Positions 1-10,179 of a DNA stretch of 64,000 nucleotides are shown in pieces (the first letter of the stretch is position 1; each line of letters begins with the position of its first letter). The notes below the pieces were generated by a model that worked only from the letters and a program-made list of their open reading frames with translations, was not told the DNA's origin and made no database searches. The position numbers and the translations under genes are program-made. The stretch comes from an uncultured Ruminococcus sp. (lineage in GTDB: Bacteria > Bacillota > Clostridia > Oscillospirales > CAG-272): contig CAYWPS010000001.1 in assembly GCA_964460165.1 (NCBI GenBank), positions 9,384 through 73,383 of the forward strand, given 5' to 3'.

Positions 1-1571
1 ACACCGGAGATAATCAATCCGTGCTCACAAGCAGGAAGAAGGTCCTCGTGCTCGGAGCGGGTCCCATCCGTATAGGACAGGGTGTTGAGTTCGACTACTC
101 CACCGTACACGCGGTCAACACCATACGCAACTGCGGCTACGAGGCGATCATCATAAACAACAACCCCGAAACCGTATCTACCGACTACACCACCGCAGAC
201 AAGCTGTACTTCGAGCCGCTCACAGTAGAGGACGTTATGAACGTGGTGGAGTTTGAAAAGCCCGACGGCGTTATCGCATCGCTCGGCGGGCAGACCGCTA
301 TCAACCTTGCGGAGCCTCTGGCAAAGCGCGGCGTTAAGATCATCGGCACAGACTGCGAAGCTATTGACAGAGCGGAAAACCGTGACACCTTCGAGAAGAT
401 ACTCGAGGAGCTCGGCATCCCCCAGCCCAAGGGTCAGGCAGTAACAAAGATCGAGGACGGTGTAAGAGTAGCTAAAGAAGTTGGCTACCCCGTGCTTGTA
501 CGCCCCAGCTTCGTTCTCGGCGGACGCGCTATGCAGCTCGTAGGCAACGAGGAGCAGCTCAGAAACTATCTCAAGACCGCTGTTGAGATCGACGAGGACA
601 AGCCCGTTCTTGTTGACCACTACATTCAGGGTAAGGAGGTAGAGGTTGATGCTATCTGCGACGGACGCGACGTATTCGTAGCAGGTATTATGGAGCTCGT
701 AGAGCGCACCGGCGTGCACTCGGGAGACTCGATCAGCGTTTACCCCGCGTTCTCCATCTCGGATAAGGTCAAGGGCAAGATACTCTCCTACTCCAAGGCT
801 CTCGGTCTTGGAATAGGCATCGTAGGTCTGTTCAACATTCAGTTTATAGTAGATGATAAAGAGGACGTATATATCATCGAGGTTAACCCCCGTTCCTCGA
901 GAACCGTTCCCTTCCTCTCCAAATCCACAGGATACAGTCTCGCGGATATAGCAACGGAGGTAATACTCGGAAAGTCGTTAAAGGAGCTCGGTATCTTCGA
1001 CCTATATCCCGAGGAGAAGAAGAGATGGTACTGCAAGGTCCCCGTATTCTCCTTCAAGAAGATCAACGGCATCGACGCTTACCTCTCCCCCGAGATGAAG
1101 TCCACGGGCGAGGCGATCGGCTACGACGACGATCTCTACCGCGCGTTCTACAAGGCGCTTCAGGCATCGGGTATGACGGTACAGAACTACGGAACGGTGC
1201 TCGTCACCCTCGCGGATTCCGATAAGGAGGAGGCGCTACCGCTTATCAGACGCTTCTACAACCTCGGCTTCAATATCGAGGCAACTCGCGGAACGGCTAT
1301 GTTCTTAAAGGATCACGGAATCAGAACCAGGATAAAGAATAAGATAAGCTCGGGATCTGACGATATACCCAACTCGATAAGACAGGGTCACGTGGCGTAT
1401 ATCATCAACACCTCTAAGCTCGACTCCACCGATACCGAAAAGGACGGATATGAGATCAGACGCCTTGCGGTCGAGACCAACACGACCATCTTTACCTCTC
1501 TTGACACCGTAAGAGTTCTTCTCGACGTGCTTGAGGATATTACGATAACTATCTCCACCATCGACAGCTAA
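1..1571 (+). CDS. carB: carbamoyl-phosphate synthase large subunit, C-terminal half (5' end outside window)
   Basis: Reading frame is open to the window edge. VLVLGAGPIRIGQGVEFDYS marks the second ATP-grasp half and an MGS-like C-terminus follows. pyr genes lie directly downstream. Confidence 0.9.
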   Translation, partial: TGDNQSVLTSRKKVLVLGAGPIRIGQGVEFDYSTVHAVNTIRNCGYEAIIINNNPETVSTDYTTADKLYFEPLTVEDVMNVVEFEKPDGVIASLGGQTAINLAEPLAKRGVKIIGTDCEAIDRAENRDTFEKILEELGIPQPKGQAVTKIEDGVRVAKEVGYPVLVRPSFVLGGRAMQLVGNEEQLRNYLKTAVEIDEDKPVLVDHYIQGKEVEVDAICDGRDVFVAGIMELVERTGVHSGDSISVYPAFSISDKVKGKILSYSKALGLGIGIVGLFNIQFIVDDKEDVYIIEVNPRSSRTVPFLSKSTGYSLADIATEVILGKSLKELGIFDLYPEEKKRWYCKVPVFSFKKINGIDAYLSPEMKSTGEAIGYDDDLYRAFYKALQASGMTVQNYGTVLVTLADSDKEEALPLIRRFYNLGFNIEATRGTAMFLKDHGIRTRIKNKISSGSDDIPNSIRQGHVAYIINTSKLDSTDTEKDGYEIRRLAVETNTTIFTSLDTVRVLLDVLEDITITISTIDS

Positions 1572-1580
1572 GGAGAAGGA

Positions 1581-2312
1581 ATGAAAGACACTTATTTCAC
1601 TTTGTTAAAGAACGAGATGATCGCCTCTAACACATACCTTTCGGTGCTCGGAGGCGACACCTCGCACATAACCGCCGCGGGACAGTTCGTCAACATAAAG
1701 CTTGACGGCTTCTACCTTCGCAGACCCATATCCGTGTGTGACGTTGAGGGCGATAAGCTCACTATCATCTACAAGGCGGTTGGCGCGGGAACAGAGAAAA
1801 TGGCGGATACCGAGGTCGGTGAAAAATGGCTCGTGCTTACGGGTCTTGGTAACGGATACGACCTCTCAAAATCCGGCGACCGTCCCCTGCTTATAGGCGG
1901 AGGCGCGGGCGTCCCCCCTATGTATTATCTGGCAAGAAAGCTGGTGGCTGAAGGTAAGACCCCCACGGTTATTCTCGGCTTCGGCAAGAAGGACGAGGTC
2001 TTCTTCAAGGATGAGTTCGAGGCGCTCGGTCTTCGCGTTCTCGTCACCACAGTTGACGGTTCAGAGGGTATTCGCGGCTTTGTTACCGATGCTATGGCAG
2101 ACCTCGACTACACCTACTTCTACACCTGCGGTCCCGAGCCTATGCTTAAAGCAGTGTACGATAAGACCGAGACGAGCGGTCAGTTCAGCTTTGAGGAAAG
2201 GATGGGCTGCGGCTTCGGCGCTTGCATGGGCTGCACCTGCAAGACGAAATACGGCAATAAGAGAATATGCCGTGACGGCCCCGTGCTTGAGAAGGAGGAG
2301 ATCATATGGTAA
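1581..2312 (+). CDS. pyrK: dihydroorotate dehydrogenase B electron-transfer (FAD/2Fe-2S) subunit
   Basis: 243 aa. C-terminal Cys cluster CGFGACMGCTC. Overlaps the pyrD start. RBS AAGGAGAAGG upstream. Confidence 0.85.
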   Translation: MKDTYFTLLKNEMIASNTYLSVLGGDTSHITAAGQFVNIKLDGFYLRRPISVCDVEGDKLTIIYKAVGAGTEKMADTEVGEKWLVLTGLGNGYDLSKSGDRPLLIGGGAGVPPMYYLARKLVAEGKTPTVILGFGKKDEVFFKDEFEALGLRVLVTTVDGSEGIRGFVTDAMADLDYTYFYTCGPEPMLKAVYDKTETSGQFSFEERMGCGFGACMGCTCKTKYGNKRICRDGPVLEKEEIIW

Positions 2313-3217
2313 ACACAAAGGTAAAGCTCTGCGGTATAGAGCTTGATAACCCTATCATCCCCGCCAGCGGAACGTTTGGGTTCGGTTATGAGTTCGCAGA
2401 ACTCTACGACATCAACATTCTCGGCTCGCTCTCCTTCAAAGGAACTACGCTTGAGCCCCGTTTCGGCAACCCCTGCCCGAGAATCGCGGAGTGCGACTCG
2501 GGTATGCTCAACGCGGTGGGACTTCAGAATCCCGGCGTTGACAAGGTCATCGAGGTTGAGCTCCCCAAGCTTCGTGAGGTTTTCAGAAAGCCCTCTATGG
2601 CAAACGTGTCCGGCTTCTCGCTTCACGAATACGTAGAAACAGTAAGAAAGCTCGACACGCAGTCGGACATCGGCTGGTTTGAGATCAACATCTCCTGCCC
2701 CAACGTTCACGGAGGCGGTATGAGCTTCGGCACTTCTCCCGAGATGGCAGAGACGGTAACGCGCGCAGTACGCGACGTGACCAAGAAGCCCATAATCATT
2801 AAGCTTTCGCCCAACGTCACCGACATCGTTTCTATCGCCAAGGCGTGCGAGGCGGGCGGCGCTGACGGTGTCAGCCTTATCAACACGCTCATGGGCATGA
2901 GGATAGATCTCAAGACGAGAAAGCCTATCATCGCCAACAAAACGGGCGGTTTCTCCGGTCCTGCGATCAAGCCCGTGGCTGTGAGAATGATATATCAGGT
3001 ATACGACGCCGTAAAGATCCCGATTGTGGGAATGGGCGGCGTATCGACCGCAGAGGACGTCATCGAGCTTATGCTCGCGGGCGCTACCGCGGTAGAGGTT
3101 GGAGCAGCCAACCTCGTAAATCCTTACGCGGCAAGGGATATAATCCTCGACCTGCCGAGAGTAATGGAAAAATACAGAATAAACTCACTCGAAGAAATAA
3201 TAGGAGGCGCACACTAA
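2306..3217 (+). CDS. pyrD: dihydroorotate dehydrogenase B catalytic subunit
   Basis: 303 aa. Class 1B DHODH motifs (NPIIPASGTFGFG, ISCPNV). pyr operon context. Confidence 0.9.
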   Translation: MVNTKVKLCGIELDNPIIPASGTFGFGYEFAELYDINILGSLSFKGTTLEPRFGNPCPRIAECDSGMLNAVGLQNPGVDKVIEVELPKLREVFRKPSMANVSGFSLHEYVETVRKLDTQSDIGWFEINISCPNVHGGGMSFGTSPEMAETVTRAVRDVTKKPIIIKLSPNVTDIVSIAKACEAGGADGVSLINTLMGMRIDLKTRKPIIANKTGGFSGPAIKPVAVRMIYQVYDAVKIPIVGMGGVSTAEDVIELMLAGATAVEVGAANLVNPYAARDIILDLPRVMEKYRINSLEEIIGGAH

Positions 3218-3915
3218 TGGGAAAGGACGTTATTATCGCTTGTGACTTCGCAAGCGCGGAGGAAACGTTTAAGTTTCTTGACAAATTTGAGGGGAAAAAG
3301 CCCTTCGTAAAGATCGGTATGGAGCTCTACTACGCCGAGGGTCCCTCTATCGTAAAAGAGATCAAGGCTCGCGGACACAAGATATTCCTCGACCTCAAGC
3401 TCCACGACATCCCCAACACCGTAAAAAAGGCAATGTCGGTGCTCTCGAAGCTCGACGTGGATATGACAAACCTTCACGCATCCGGTACGGTTGCGATGAT
3501 GGAGGCTGCTCTCGAAGGACTCACCCGTCCTGACGGCACGCGCCCCCTCCTTATCGCGGTAACTCAGCTCACCTCTACCAGCCAGGAGAGAATGGAAAAC
3601 GACCTTCTCATTAAGGAGCCTCTTGATGAGGTGGTGCTCCACTACGCCAACAATGCGAAGATCGCGGGTCTTGACGGCGTTGTATGCGCTCCCCTCGAGG
3701 CAGGCAAGGTGCACGAAAGATGCGGCAGCGGCTTCGTGACGGTAACTCCGGGCGTAAGATTCGCTGACGGCGACGTAGGCGACCAGGTAAGAGTTACCAC
3801 CCCCGAAAGAGCAAAGGAGCTCGGCTCTGATTACATCGTAGTAGGCAGACCCATCACCGCGGCTGCCGATCCCGTAGCGGCATACGAAAGATGCGTTGCG
3901 GAATTCGTGGGTTGA
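3217..3915 (+). CDS. pyrF: orotidine 5'-phosphate decarboxylase
   Basis: 232 aa. FLDLKLHDIPNT and VVGRPIT motifs. TAATG overlap with the pyrD stop. Confidence 0.9.
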   Translation: MGKDVIIACDFASAEETFKFLDKFEGKKPFVKIGMELYYAEGPSIVKEIKARGHKIFLDLKLHDIPNTVKKAMSVLSKLDVDMTNLHASGTVAMMEAALEGLTRPDGTRPLLIAVTQLTSTSQERMENDLLIKEPLDEVVLHYANNAKIAGLDGVVCAPLEAGKVHERCGSGFVTVTPGVRFADGDVGDQVRVTTPERAKELGSDYIVVGRPITAAADPVAAYERCVAEFVG

Positions 3916-3949
3916 TCGCGGTTATACGACTAAAAGGAGGATAACATTA

Positions 3950-4606
3950 ATGGAAGGCTATAAGAGAGAATTTATAAAGTTTCTTGAGGGCGCAGGCGTT
4001 CTCAAGTTCGGCGACTTCACCGCAAAGAGCGGAAGAAAGATCCCCTACTTCATCAACGCGGGCGATATAAAGACCGGTGAGCAGATCTCCAAGCTCGGCG
4101 AGTTCTACGCAAGAGCATACAAGGAGAAGCTCGGCGATACCAAGGCAGTTCTTTACGGTCCTGCGTACAAGGGCATCTCTATCGCGGTTTCCAGCGCGGT
4201 CGCGCTTGCAAGGGAGGGACTCGATCTCCCCTTCTTCTTCAACAGAAAAGAGGCTAAGGATCACGGCGAGGGCGGTATCTTCGTAGGCTACACACCCAAG
4301 GCAGGCGAGAGCATCGTAATCGTTGAGGACGTTATCACGGCAGGTACTGCTATCCGCGAGAGCATGGAGATCCTCTCCTCGCTCAAGGACACCAAGGTGG
4401 TCGCAACCTTCGTTATGGTTGACCGCAAGGAAAAGGGCAAGACCGAGAAATCTGCTATGGCAGAGGTAGGCGAGGAGTTCGGCTTCCCCGTTTACTCGGT
4501 TGTTGACGTATACGACATAATCGAATATCTCGAGGAGGACGAGGCAAACCGCGAGAACGTGGAGCGCATCAAGAGATACCTCGAGGTCAACGGAGCAAAG
4601 GCGTAA
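3950..4606 (+). CDS. pyrE: orotate phosphoribosyltransferase
   Basis: The ATG at 3950 is preceded by AAAGGAGG (3932-3940). PRPP-binding loop [12 protein letters not shown]. The track ORF start at 3896 would overlap pyrF and lacks an RBS. Confidence 0.9.
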   Translation: MEGYKREFIKFLEGAGVLKFGDFTAKSGRKIPYFINAGDIKTGEQISKLGEFYARAYKEKLGDTKAVLYGPAYKGISIAVSSAVALAREGLDLPFFFNRKEAKDHGEGGIFVGYTPKAGESIVIVEDVITAGTAIRESMEILSSLKDTKVVATFVMVDRKEKGKTEKSAMAEVGEEFGFPVYSVVDVYDIIEYLEEDEANRENVERIKRYLEVNGAKA

Positions 4607-5661
4607 TGAGAAATCTTATAGATATCCTCGACTTTTCAACGGAGGAGATAGACTCGCTCATCGAGGTGGCAACGGACATCATAGACGACCCCGACAAGTA
4701 CCGTGACGTGTGTCACGGAAAAATACTCGGAACGCTCTTCTTCGAGCCCTCGACGAGAACCAGACTCAGCTTCACCTCGGCTATGATGTCGCTCGGCGGA
4801 CAGGTGCTCGGCTTTGACAACGCGGCATCGTCGTCCACCGCAAAGGGTGAGACCGTACAGGACACCATACGTATGGTGTCGGCTTATTCGGACATTATCG
4901 CCATGCGTCATCCAAAGGAGGGAGCTCCCATTGCGGCGTCGAGAGTCGCTACCGTGCCCGTAATAAACGCGGGCGACGGCGGTCACTACCATCCAACTCA
5001 GACGCTTACCGACCTTATAACCATCAAGCGCAAATCGGGCAGATTTGATAATCTCACCGTCGGTATATGCGGCGACCTTAAGTACGGAAGAACCGTTCAC
5101 TCGCTCATCGCGGCTATGTCGAGATACGAGAACGTGAAATTCGTGCTTATCGCTCCCGATGAGCTTAAGCTCCCGGACTACGTCAAGGAGGAATTTCTCA
5201 AGTGCTCCGAGTATATCGAAACCGCGGATCTCGAGGGTGCTATCCCATCTCTTGACATTCTCTATATGACGAGGATCCAAGCAGAGAGATTCCACGACCG
5301 TGATGAATACGAGAGGCTCAAGGACAGCTATATACTTGATTTAAGTAAGCTTAAGTTTGCAAAATCCACTCTTTCTATACTTCATCCGCTCCCCAGAGTA
5401 AACGAGATAAGCGTAGACGTTGACGATGATCCGCGCGCTCACTACTTCGAGCAGGCAGCGCTCGGAAGATATATAAGAATGGCGCTTATACTTAAGCTCC
5501 TTGACTCAGAGGGCATCGACGACCGCCGTACCGTAGGTGAGGAGAACGACTCGCTGGAGTGTAAGAACCCCCACTGTCTTTCCATAACCGAAAGAGGCAT
5601 AAAGAAGCTCTTTAAAAACGGAAAGTGCATCTACTGCGACCAGACCGCAGAGAGAAAATAA
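4606..5661 (+). CDS. pyrB: aspartate carbamoyltransferase catalytic chain with a C-terminal PyrI-like zinc domain
   Basis: STRTR, HPTQ and HPLPR motifs in the first ~300 aa. The last ~40 aa read CKNPHC...CIYC, the pattern of the PyrI Zn domain. Confidence 0.9.
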   Translation: MRNLIDILDFSTEEIDSLIEVATDIIDDPDKYRDVCHGKILGTLFFEPSTRTRLSFTSAMMSLGGQVLGFDNAASSSTAKGETVQDTIRMVSAYSDIIAMRHPKEGAPIAASRVATVPVINAGDGGHYHPTQTLTDLITIKRKSGRFDNLTVGICGDLKYGRTVHSLIAAMSRYENVKFVLIAPDELKLPDYVKEEFLKCSEYIETADLEGAIPSLDILYMTRIQAERFHDRDEYERLKDSYILDLSKLKFAKSTLSILHPLPRVNEISVDVDDDPRAHYFEQAALGRYIRMALILKLLDSEGIDDRRTVGEENDSLECKNPHCLSITERGIKKLFKNGKCIYCDQTAERK

Positions 5662-5663
5662 AT

Positions 5664-5707
5664 AAAAAACGGAAGGCAAACCGACTGATCAGAGCCTTCC
5701 GTTTTTT
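5664..5707. terminator. bidirectional intrinsic terminator after pyrB
   Basis: ACGGAAGGC (5669-5677) pairs with GCCTTCCGT (5694-5702). The stem is flanked by an A6 run and a T6 run. Confidence 0.8.
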
Positions 5708-5855
5708 ATTTATCGCGATTTATCTTTTTTCGCGTATATCTTATTCTGTTTCGTATTTGCTCAATTCTTTCACTATCGTAGAGTTAAAGCATGTCGGGTA
5801 TATGTACCTATCAACGAGCTCGTCGGGTGAAAGAGCAAGTCCTCACAGTCACACA

Positions 5856-6266
5856 TCATTCACCCTTCTTCTTAGGTCCGCGGCGTTTAGCAGCGGTCTT
5901 GACTTCATTATAGGAGTTCATATAGAGGTTTATCGTGCTTTCAAGGGTTTCTCTGAGCGCCTTTCTCATCGGGTCGGGCATAGAGCGCGAGCGTCTGTAA
6001 AGCTTAAGAAGGTGCAGCTCCTCCTCGGAGAGCTCGGAGGTATCGCGCCTCAGCGGCATATCCATAAGCTCGCCGATATTGACCTTGAACTCCTCGGAAA
6101 GCCGCGGAAGCATCTTCATAAAGGAGGCAGATCTTGCGCGTCTCCAATTGTTGACGGTCTTATCGCCAAGCCCCATCGCGCGCTCAAACGCCGCGTCGCT
6201 CTCAAACTCCGACTCGATCAAAGCAAGTATCCTCGCCCTTATACGCTCTGTATTGTCCTCTCTCAT
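5856..6266 (-). CDS. HTH (XRE-like) transcriptional regulator
   Basis: 136 aa. N-terminal HTH-like segment (ERAMGLGDKTVNNWRR). ATGA overlap with the upstream flavin reductase gene. Confidence 0.6.
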   Translation of the reverse strand: MREDNTERIRARILALIESEFESDAAFERAMGLGDKTVNNWRRARSASFMKMLPRLSEEFKVNIGELMDMPLRRDTSELSEEELHLLKLYRRSRSMPDPMRKALRETLESTINLYMNSYNEVKTAAKRRGPKKKGE

Positions 6267-6985
6267 CCTTTCTTACCCCCTCGCTTAGACTTATTTCCCT
6301 TTCCTCTCGGCGCGTCGAGATAGAAGGGGCGTTTTTTGTTTTCTTCAGCATCGGTGTCTTTCGCCGCGTGTGCGCTCTTTGGCTTGTTTCCGGCGGTAAC
6401 CTTTTTCGTTGCGTCCTTCTTTTCGGAGGGCTTCTTAGTGCTGAAGCCGAAGGTTCCAACCTTGTCACCGAGGGCGAAATACTCACCGTGAGCGTATGCA
6501 AGAAGACCCGCCTTATCAAAGCGTATCTTTCCCTTCTCGTCAATGATCGACTCGTCGCAGGAGACGCTGACGATATCCGCGATAAAGACGTCGTGAGTTC
6601 CCATAGGAATAACCTCAACCACCCTACATTCGAGCGAAAGGGGACACTCGGCTATCGTGGGAACGGATACTTCCTTGCTCTTGAGCTTTGTGAGTCCGCA
6701 CTCCTTAAATTTATCTACCTTTGCGCCGGTATAAATACCCGCGTAGTCCACGACCCTCGCCTGAGAGGCGGTGGTGAGATTGATGACGAACTCACCCGTC
6801 GCCTTAAGCATCTTATAAGAATGTCTCTCGGGTCTCACCGATATGTACGTCCTCGGGGGAATGGTCGATAGTATGCCCGTCCAGCCGATAGTTATGATGT
6901 TCGAGCTTTCCATATCGCCAACCGTCACCATAACGGGCGGCAGAGGAGCGGTCAGGGCTCCCGCCTTAAAACTTTTTCTCGCCAT
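6263..6985 (-). CDS. flavin reductase-like (FMN-binding split barrel) protein with a Lys-rich C-terminal tail
   Basis: 240 aa. The first ~185 aa resemble flavin reductase domain proteins. The last ~55 aa are a K/G/A-rich low-complexity tail. Confidence 0.75.
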   Translation of the reverse strand: MARKSFKAGALTAPLPPVMVTVGDMESSNIITIGWTGILSTIPPRTYISVRPERHSYKMLKATGEFVINLTTASQARVVDYAGIYTGAKVDKFKECGLTKLKSKEVSVPTIAECPLSLECRVVEVIPMGTHDVFIADIVSVSCDESIIDEKGKIRFDKAGLLAYAHGEYFALGDKVGTFGFSTKKPSEKKDATKKVTAGNKPKSAHAAKDTDAEENKKRPFYLDAPRGKGNKSKRGGKKG

Positions 6986-7767
6986 TACTTCTCCTCTTTC
7001 CTTCCGCCCTCAAGCATACCGATCCAGAGCTTCGTCAGTATGCAGTCGGGCACAAGCTTGAAGAGCAGATGCTGAAGCTTGGTGTACCAGTTGGTAACGC
7101 ACATAGCCTTTCCCTTCACCGATGCCTTAACGCACTTTTTAACAACCTTCTCGCAGTTAAGAAGCGGCTTCATCGACTTAGGATGAGTATTACCGTTAGC
7201 GACCGACTTGCCAAGGAACTCGGTCTCTACCCAACCGGGACAGAAGCAGGTCGCTCTGATGCCGTACTTCTTAAGCTCGTAATTAAGCGACTTTGTATAA
7301 TGGAGAACAAACACCTTGCTGGATGAATAAATGTTGAAATAAGGAAGGGGCGTAAAGCACGAGCCGCTGCCGAGCTGGATAATTCTTCCGCCCGGTTCCA
7401 TAAAAGGAACGGTCATGTGCGTAAGAAGCACGAGCGCCTTGGCATTGAGGTCAATCATCCTGATGACCTCGTCCTCGGATATCTCGTCGAACGCACCGAA
7501 GTTGCCGAATCCCGACGCATTGACAAGGAAGCTGACCGACGGCTTCTCCTCCTCGAGAGCCGCGCGCACCTTGTTTACGCCATCCATAGAGGTGAGATCA
7601 GCGCCTATGATCTTAGCCTTTACGCCAAGCTCATCCGCAAGAGCCCGCATTCTTGATTCATTACGGGCTACGAACCAAAACTCATCAATAATACCGAGCT
7701 TGTTAAGCTGGCGCGCAAACTCGCTTCCTATTCCGCCGGACGCACCGGTTATAATTGCAACTGACAT
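6985..7767 (-). CDS. SDR family oxidoreductase
   Basis: TGASGGIG Rossmann motif and YSSSK catalytic motif. 260 aa. Confidence 0.85.
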   Translation of the reverse strand: MSVAIITGASGGIGSEFARQLNKLGIIDEFWFVARNESRMRALADELGVKAKIIGADLTSMDGVNKVRAALEEEKPSVSFLVNASGFGNFGAFDEISEDEVIRMIDLNAKALVLLTHMTVPFMEPGGRIIQLGSGSCFTPLPYFNIYSSSKVFVLHYTKSLNYELKKYGIRATCFCPGWVETEFLGKSVANGNTHPKSMKPLLNCEKVVKKCVKASVKGKAMCVTNWYTKLQHLLFKLVPDCILTKLWIGMLEGGRKEEK

Positions 7768-7785
7768 AGTAATTTCCTTTCAGAG

Positions 7786-8772
7786 TCAAATGTTTTCTTC
7801 TTCGAGCGCGGCGGTGAGTATTCTCTCTATCTCGCCGTACTCCGTTGCCTGATTTATCCTTGCGCGTATTGCCGCGGCACCCCTGAAGGAGTGCAGATAC
7901 GAGGCTATCTGCTTTCTTGCCTCGGGAACAGCCACACGCTCACCCTTGTCCTCGATGGCGAGTCTTAACTGCCACAGAGCCACGTTTACCTTATCCTCAA
8001 GGCTCGGCTGACAATAACTTCCGCCCTCAAGAGCGCATAGTATCTCTTTGAAAATAAACGGGTTACCGACAGCTCCGCGTCCGACGGCTATACCGTCAGC
8101 TCCGGTATATTTAAGCATCGATAGCGCTTCTATACCCGATGTTATGTCTCCGTTGGCTATAACGGGAATATGTACACTGTTTTTTACATTTTTGATAGTT
8201 TCTCTATCTACTGTACCGGCGTACATTTGAGTCTTTGTTCTGCCGTGAACGGTTATAAGAGCCGCGCCGCCGCTTTCTGCCGCCATGGCACATTCGGTGG
8301 CGTTTATATTCCCTTCGTCAATTCCCGTACGGTGCTTTACAGTTACGGGCAGGTCGGTATTATCGCTCACCGCCCTCGTAATTCTGTATATGAGCTCGGG
8401 ATCACGCATAAGAGCCGACCCCTCACCGTTTGAAAATATCTTGTGCACGGGACACCCCATGTTTATATCAATGGCACACGGTGAGGAAAAGCCCTCGCCG
8501 AAATTTCTCGTCGACAGTATCTCTGCAGCGCGAGCCATTATATCCGGCTCATTGCCGAATATCTGAAGCGCGACGGGTCCCTCGTCATGCCTTATGTTCG
8601 CGAGCGAAAAGGTCTTTTTATCCCCGAAGGTCACAGCCTTGGCGCTTATCATCTCGGTCACCGAATACTCGGCTCCCATCTCGTGACATACGCGCCGCAT
8701 CGCCCTGTCGGAAAAGCCCGCCATCGGCGCTAAAAAAATGCCGTGTCTGAGCTCAACGCTTCCTATCTTCAT
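7786..8772 (-). CDS. tRNA-dihydrouridine synthase
   Basis: MKIGSVELRHGIFLAPMAGFSD start and DINMGCP motif. The ATG at 8772 forms an ATGA overlap with the upstream gene stop. The longer track ORF start at 8922 would overlap that gene. Confidence 0.85.
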   Translation of the reverse strand: MKIGSVELRHGIFLAPMAGFSDRAMRRVCHEMGAEYSVTEMISAKAVTFGDKKTFSLANIRHDEGPVALQIFGNEPDIMARAAEILSTRNFGEGFSSPCAIDINMGCPVHKIFSNGEGSALMRDPELIYRITRAVSDNTDLPVTVKHRTGIDEGNINATECAMAAESGGAALITVHGRTKTQMYAGTVDRETIKNVKNSVHIPVIANGDITSGIEALSMLKYTGADGIAVGRGAVGNPFIFKEILCALEGGSYCQPSLEDKVNVALWQLRLAIEDKGERVAVPEARKQIASYLHSFRGAAAIRARINQATEYGEIERILTAALEEENI

Positions 8773-9287
8773 CCAAAAAGACTGAACGCGGCAGCCGACA
8801 GATCGCCGAAGGGTATATCCGTGTAATATCCGGCGTCCATGGCTCCGGTTGCGTAAAGCACTACGAGCGCCGCTATCATAAAGACGTAAATTCCAACGCC
8901 AACGATGGCGGATATTCCGCACACCTTAGCGTAATCGCGCTTGCCTATATCGTCCTTCCATACAAGCCATAGTGCCGCGCCCAAAACGGGCATACCGAGG
9001 CAAACGTTGGCAAGAGCGCCCTTAGCAGCCGAGCGAGCCTTGCCGGGTCGGCTCATTCTCCAGAAGAACCATATAATAAGTCCCACCTCCCAAAATAGGA
9101 AGGATATTATAGTGACAAGCATGCTTCCCTGCATATCGTAGGCAGGTGCGCTGTATCCGTAGGGATCGTATCCTCCGAAAGCGCCCGTATTAGTGCGCGG
9201 TCCGTCACCGCTCACGCGGGCGCCGCAGTTGGGGCAGAAAATAGCATTTTCGTCTATGCTGTTTCCGCAATATTTACAGAATTTCAT
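8769..9287 (-). CDS. zinc-ribbon domain membrane protein
   Basis: CKYCG...CPNCG N-terminal zinc ribbon followed by hydrophobic segments. The ATG at 9287 is preceded by AAAGGAGAAAAC. The track TTG start lies inside that RBS. Confidence 0.65.
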   Translation of the reverse strand: MKFCKYCGNSIDENAIFCPNCGARVSGDGPRTNTGAFGGYDPYGYSAPAYDMQGSMLVTIISFLFWEVGLIIWFFWRMSRPGKARSAAKGALANVCLGMPVLGAALWLVWKDDIGKRDYAKVCGISAIVGVGIYVFMIAALVVLYATGAMDAGYYTDIPFGDLSAAAFSLFG

Positions 9288-10179
9288 GTTTTCTCCTTTC
9301 AAAATGGTTATCCGTCTCAGAGCACAGTGCTGACAATACGGATATTTCAGATACGTCGATCTCAGAACCGTCGGAGGAAAGAGCGCCCAGCCTTACCGTC
9401 TTATTCTCTCCGTGATAATCACTGCCGCCGGAGACCAAAAGCCCCATATCCGTCGCAAGCGATACGAGCATTTTCTCATCATCTGACGAGTATCTTGAGT
9501 AGTAGCACTCAAGACCGCGGAGTCCGAGCTCCGAAAGGGCTTTCACTCGGGGCAAGAGCTCATCCCGTGTAAGCCGTTTCTCTCTTTCTCCGCCTATTGG
9601 ATGCGCGTACACGGAAATACCGCCCGCCGCCTCGATAGCGGCTAACGCCTCGCCCGCATCTATCCTGTCATCGGGGAAGCCGTCGCCCTTAAGATAGGTA
9701 TCCATAGCCGCAGCCATATCCAAGGCGTATCCGCGCTTGACCAAAAGCCCGGCAAGGTGCGGTCTTGCGGCTGAATTCAGAGAGTGAAGCCAGTCAAGAT
9801 CATCCTTGCAAAAGCTTATGCCGAAGCTCTCTCTGAGATAACGCAATCTTGCCTCAAGCTTGGCAAGGCGCATTTCCCTGCCGTGCGCGATAGCGTCAAG
9901 AAGCGCGGGTGAGTCAGGGTCAAAGCCGTAGCCGAGAATGTGACAGTCAAAGCCTCCCTCTCCATGATGGTGGCAGGAGAACTCTATACCCGTGATGATT
10001 TCAACGCCGTCATCCGACAGCTTGATCGCCTCGGCAGAGCCCGCGAGAGTATCGTGGTCAGTCACCGCTATTACGTCGATCCCCAGCGCTCCGGCTCGGG
10101 AGACGAGCTCGGCGGGTGTATCCGAGCCGTCCGATGCCGTGGTATGAAGATGAAGATCTATTCTTTTAAGCATTTTCAC
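9274..10179 (-). CDS. PHP domain phosphoesterase
   Basis: DLHLHTTASDGS and VTDHD motifs. 301 aa. Confidence 0.8.
   Translation of the reverse strand: MKMLKRIDLHLHTTASDGSDTPAELVSRAGALGIDVIAVTDHDTLAGSAEAIKLSDDGVEIITGIEFSCHHHGEGGFDCHILGYGFDPDSPALLDAIAHGREMRLAKLEARLRYLRESFGISFCKDDLDWLHSLNSAARPHLAGLLVKRGYALDMAAAMDTYLKGDGFPDDRIDAGEALAAIEAAGGISVYAHPIGGEREKRLTRDELLPRVKALSELGLRGLECYYSRYSSDDEKMLVSLATDMGLLVSGGSDYHGENKTVRLGALSSDGSEIDVSEISVLSALCSETDNHFERRKHEIL

Noticed and set aside
5625-6323. 232-aa ORF on the plus strand starting inside pyrB
   Set aside because: It runs through the pyrB terminator and antisense to the HTH gene. No RBS and an implausible sequence.
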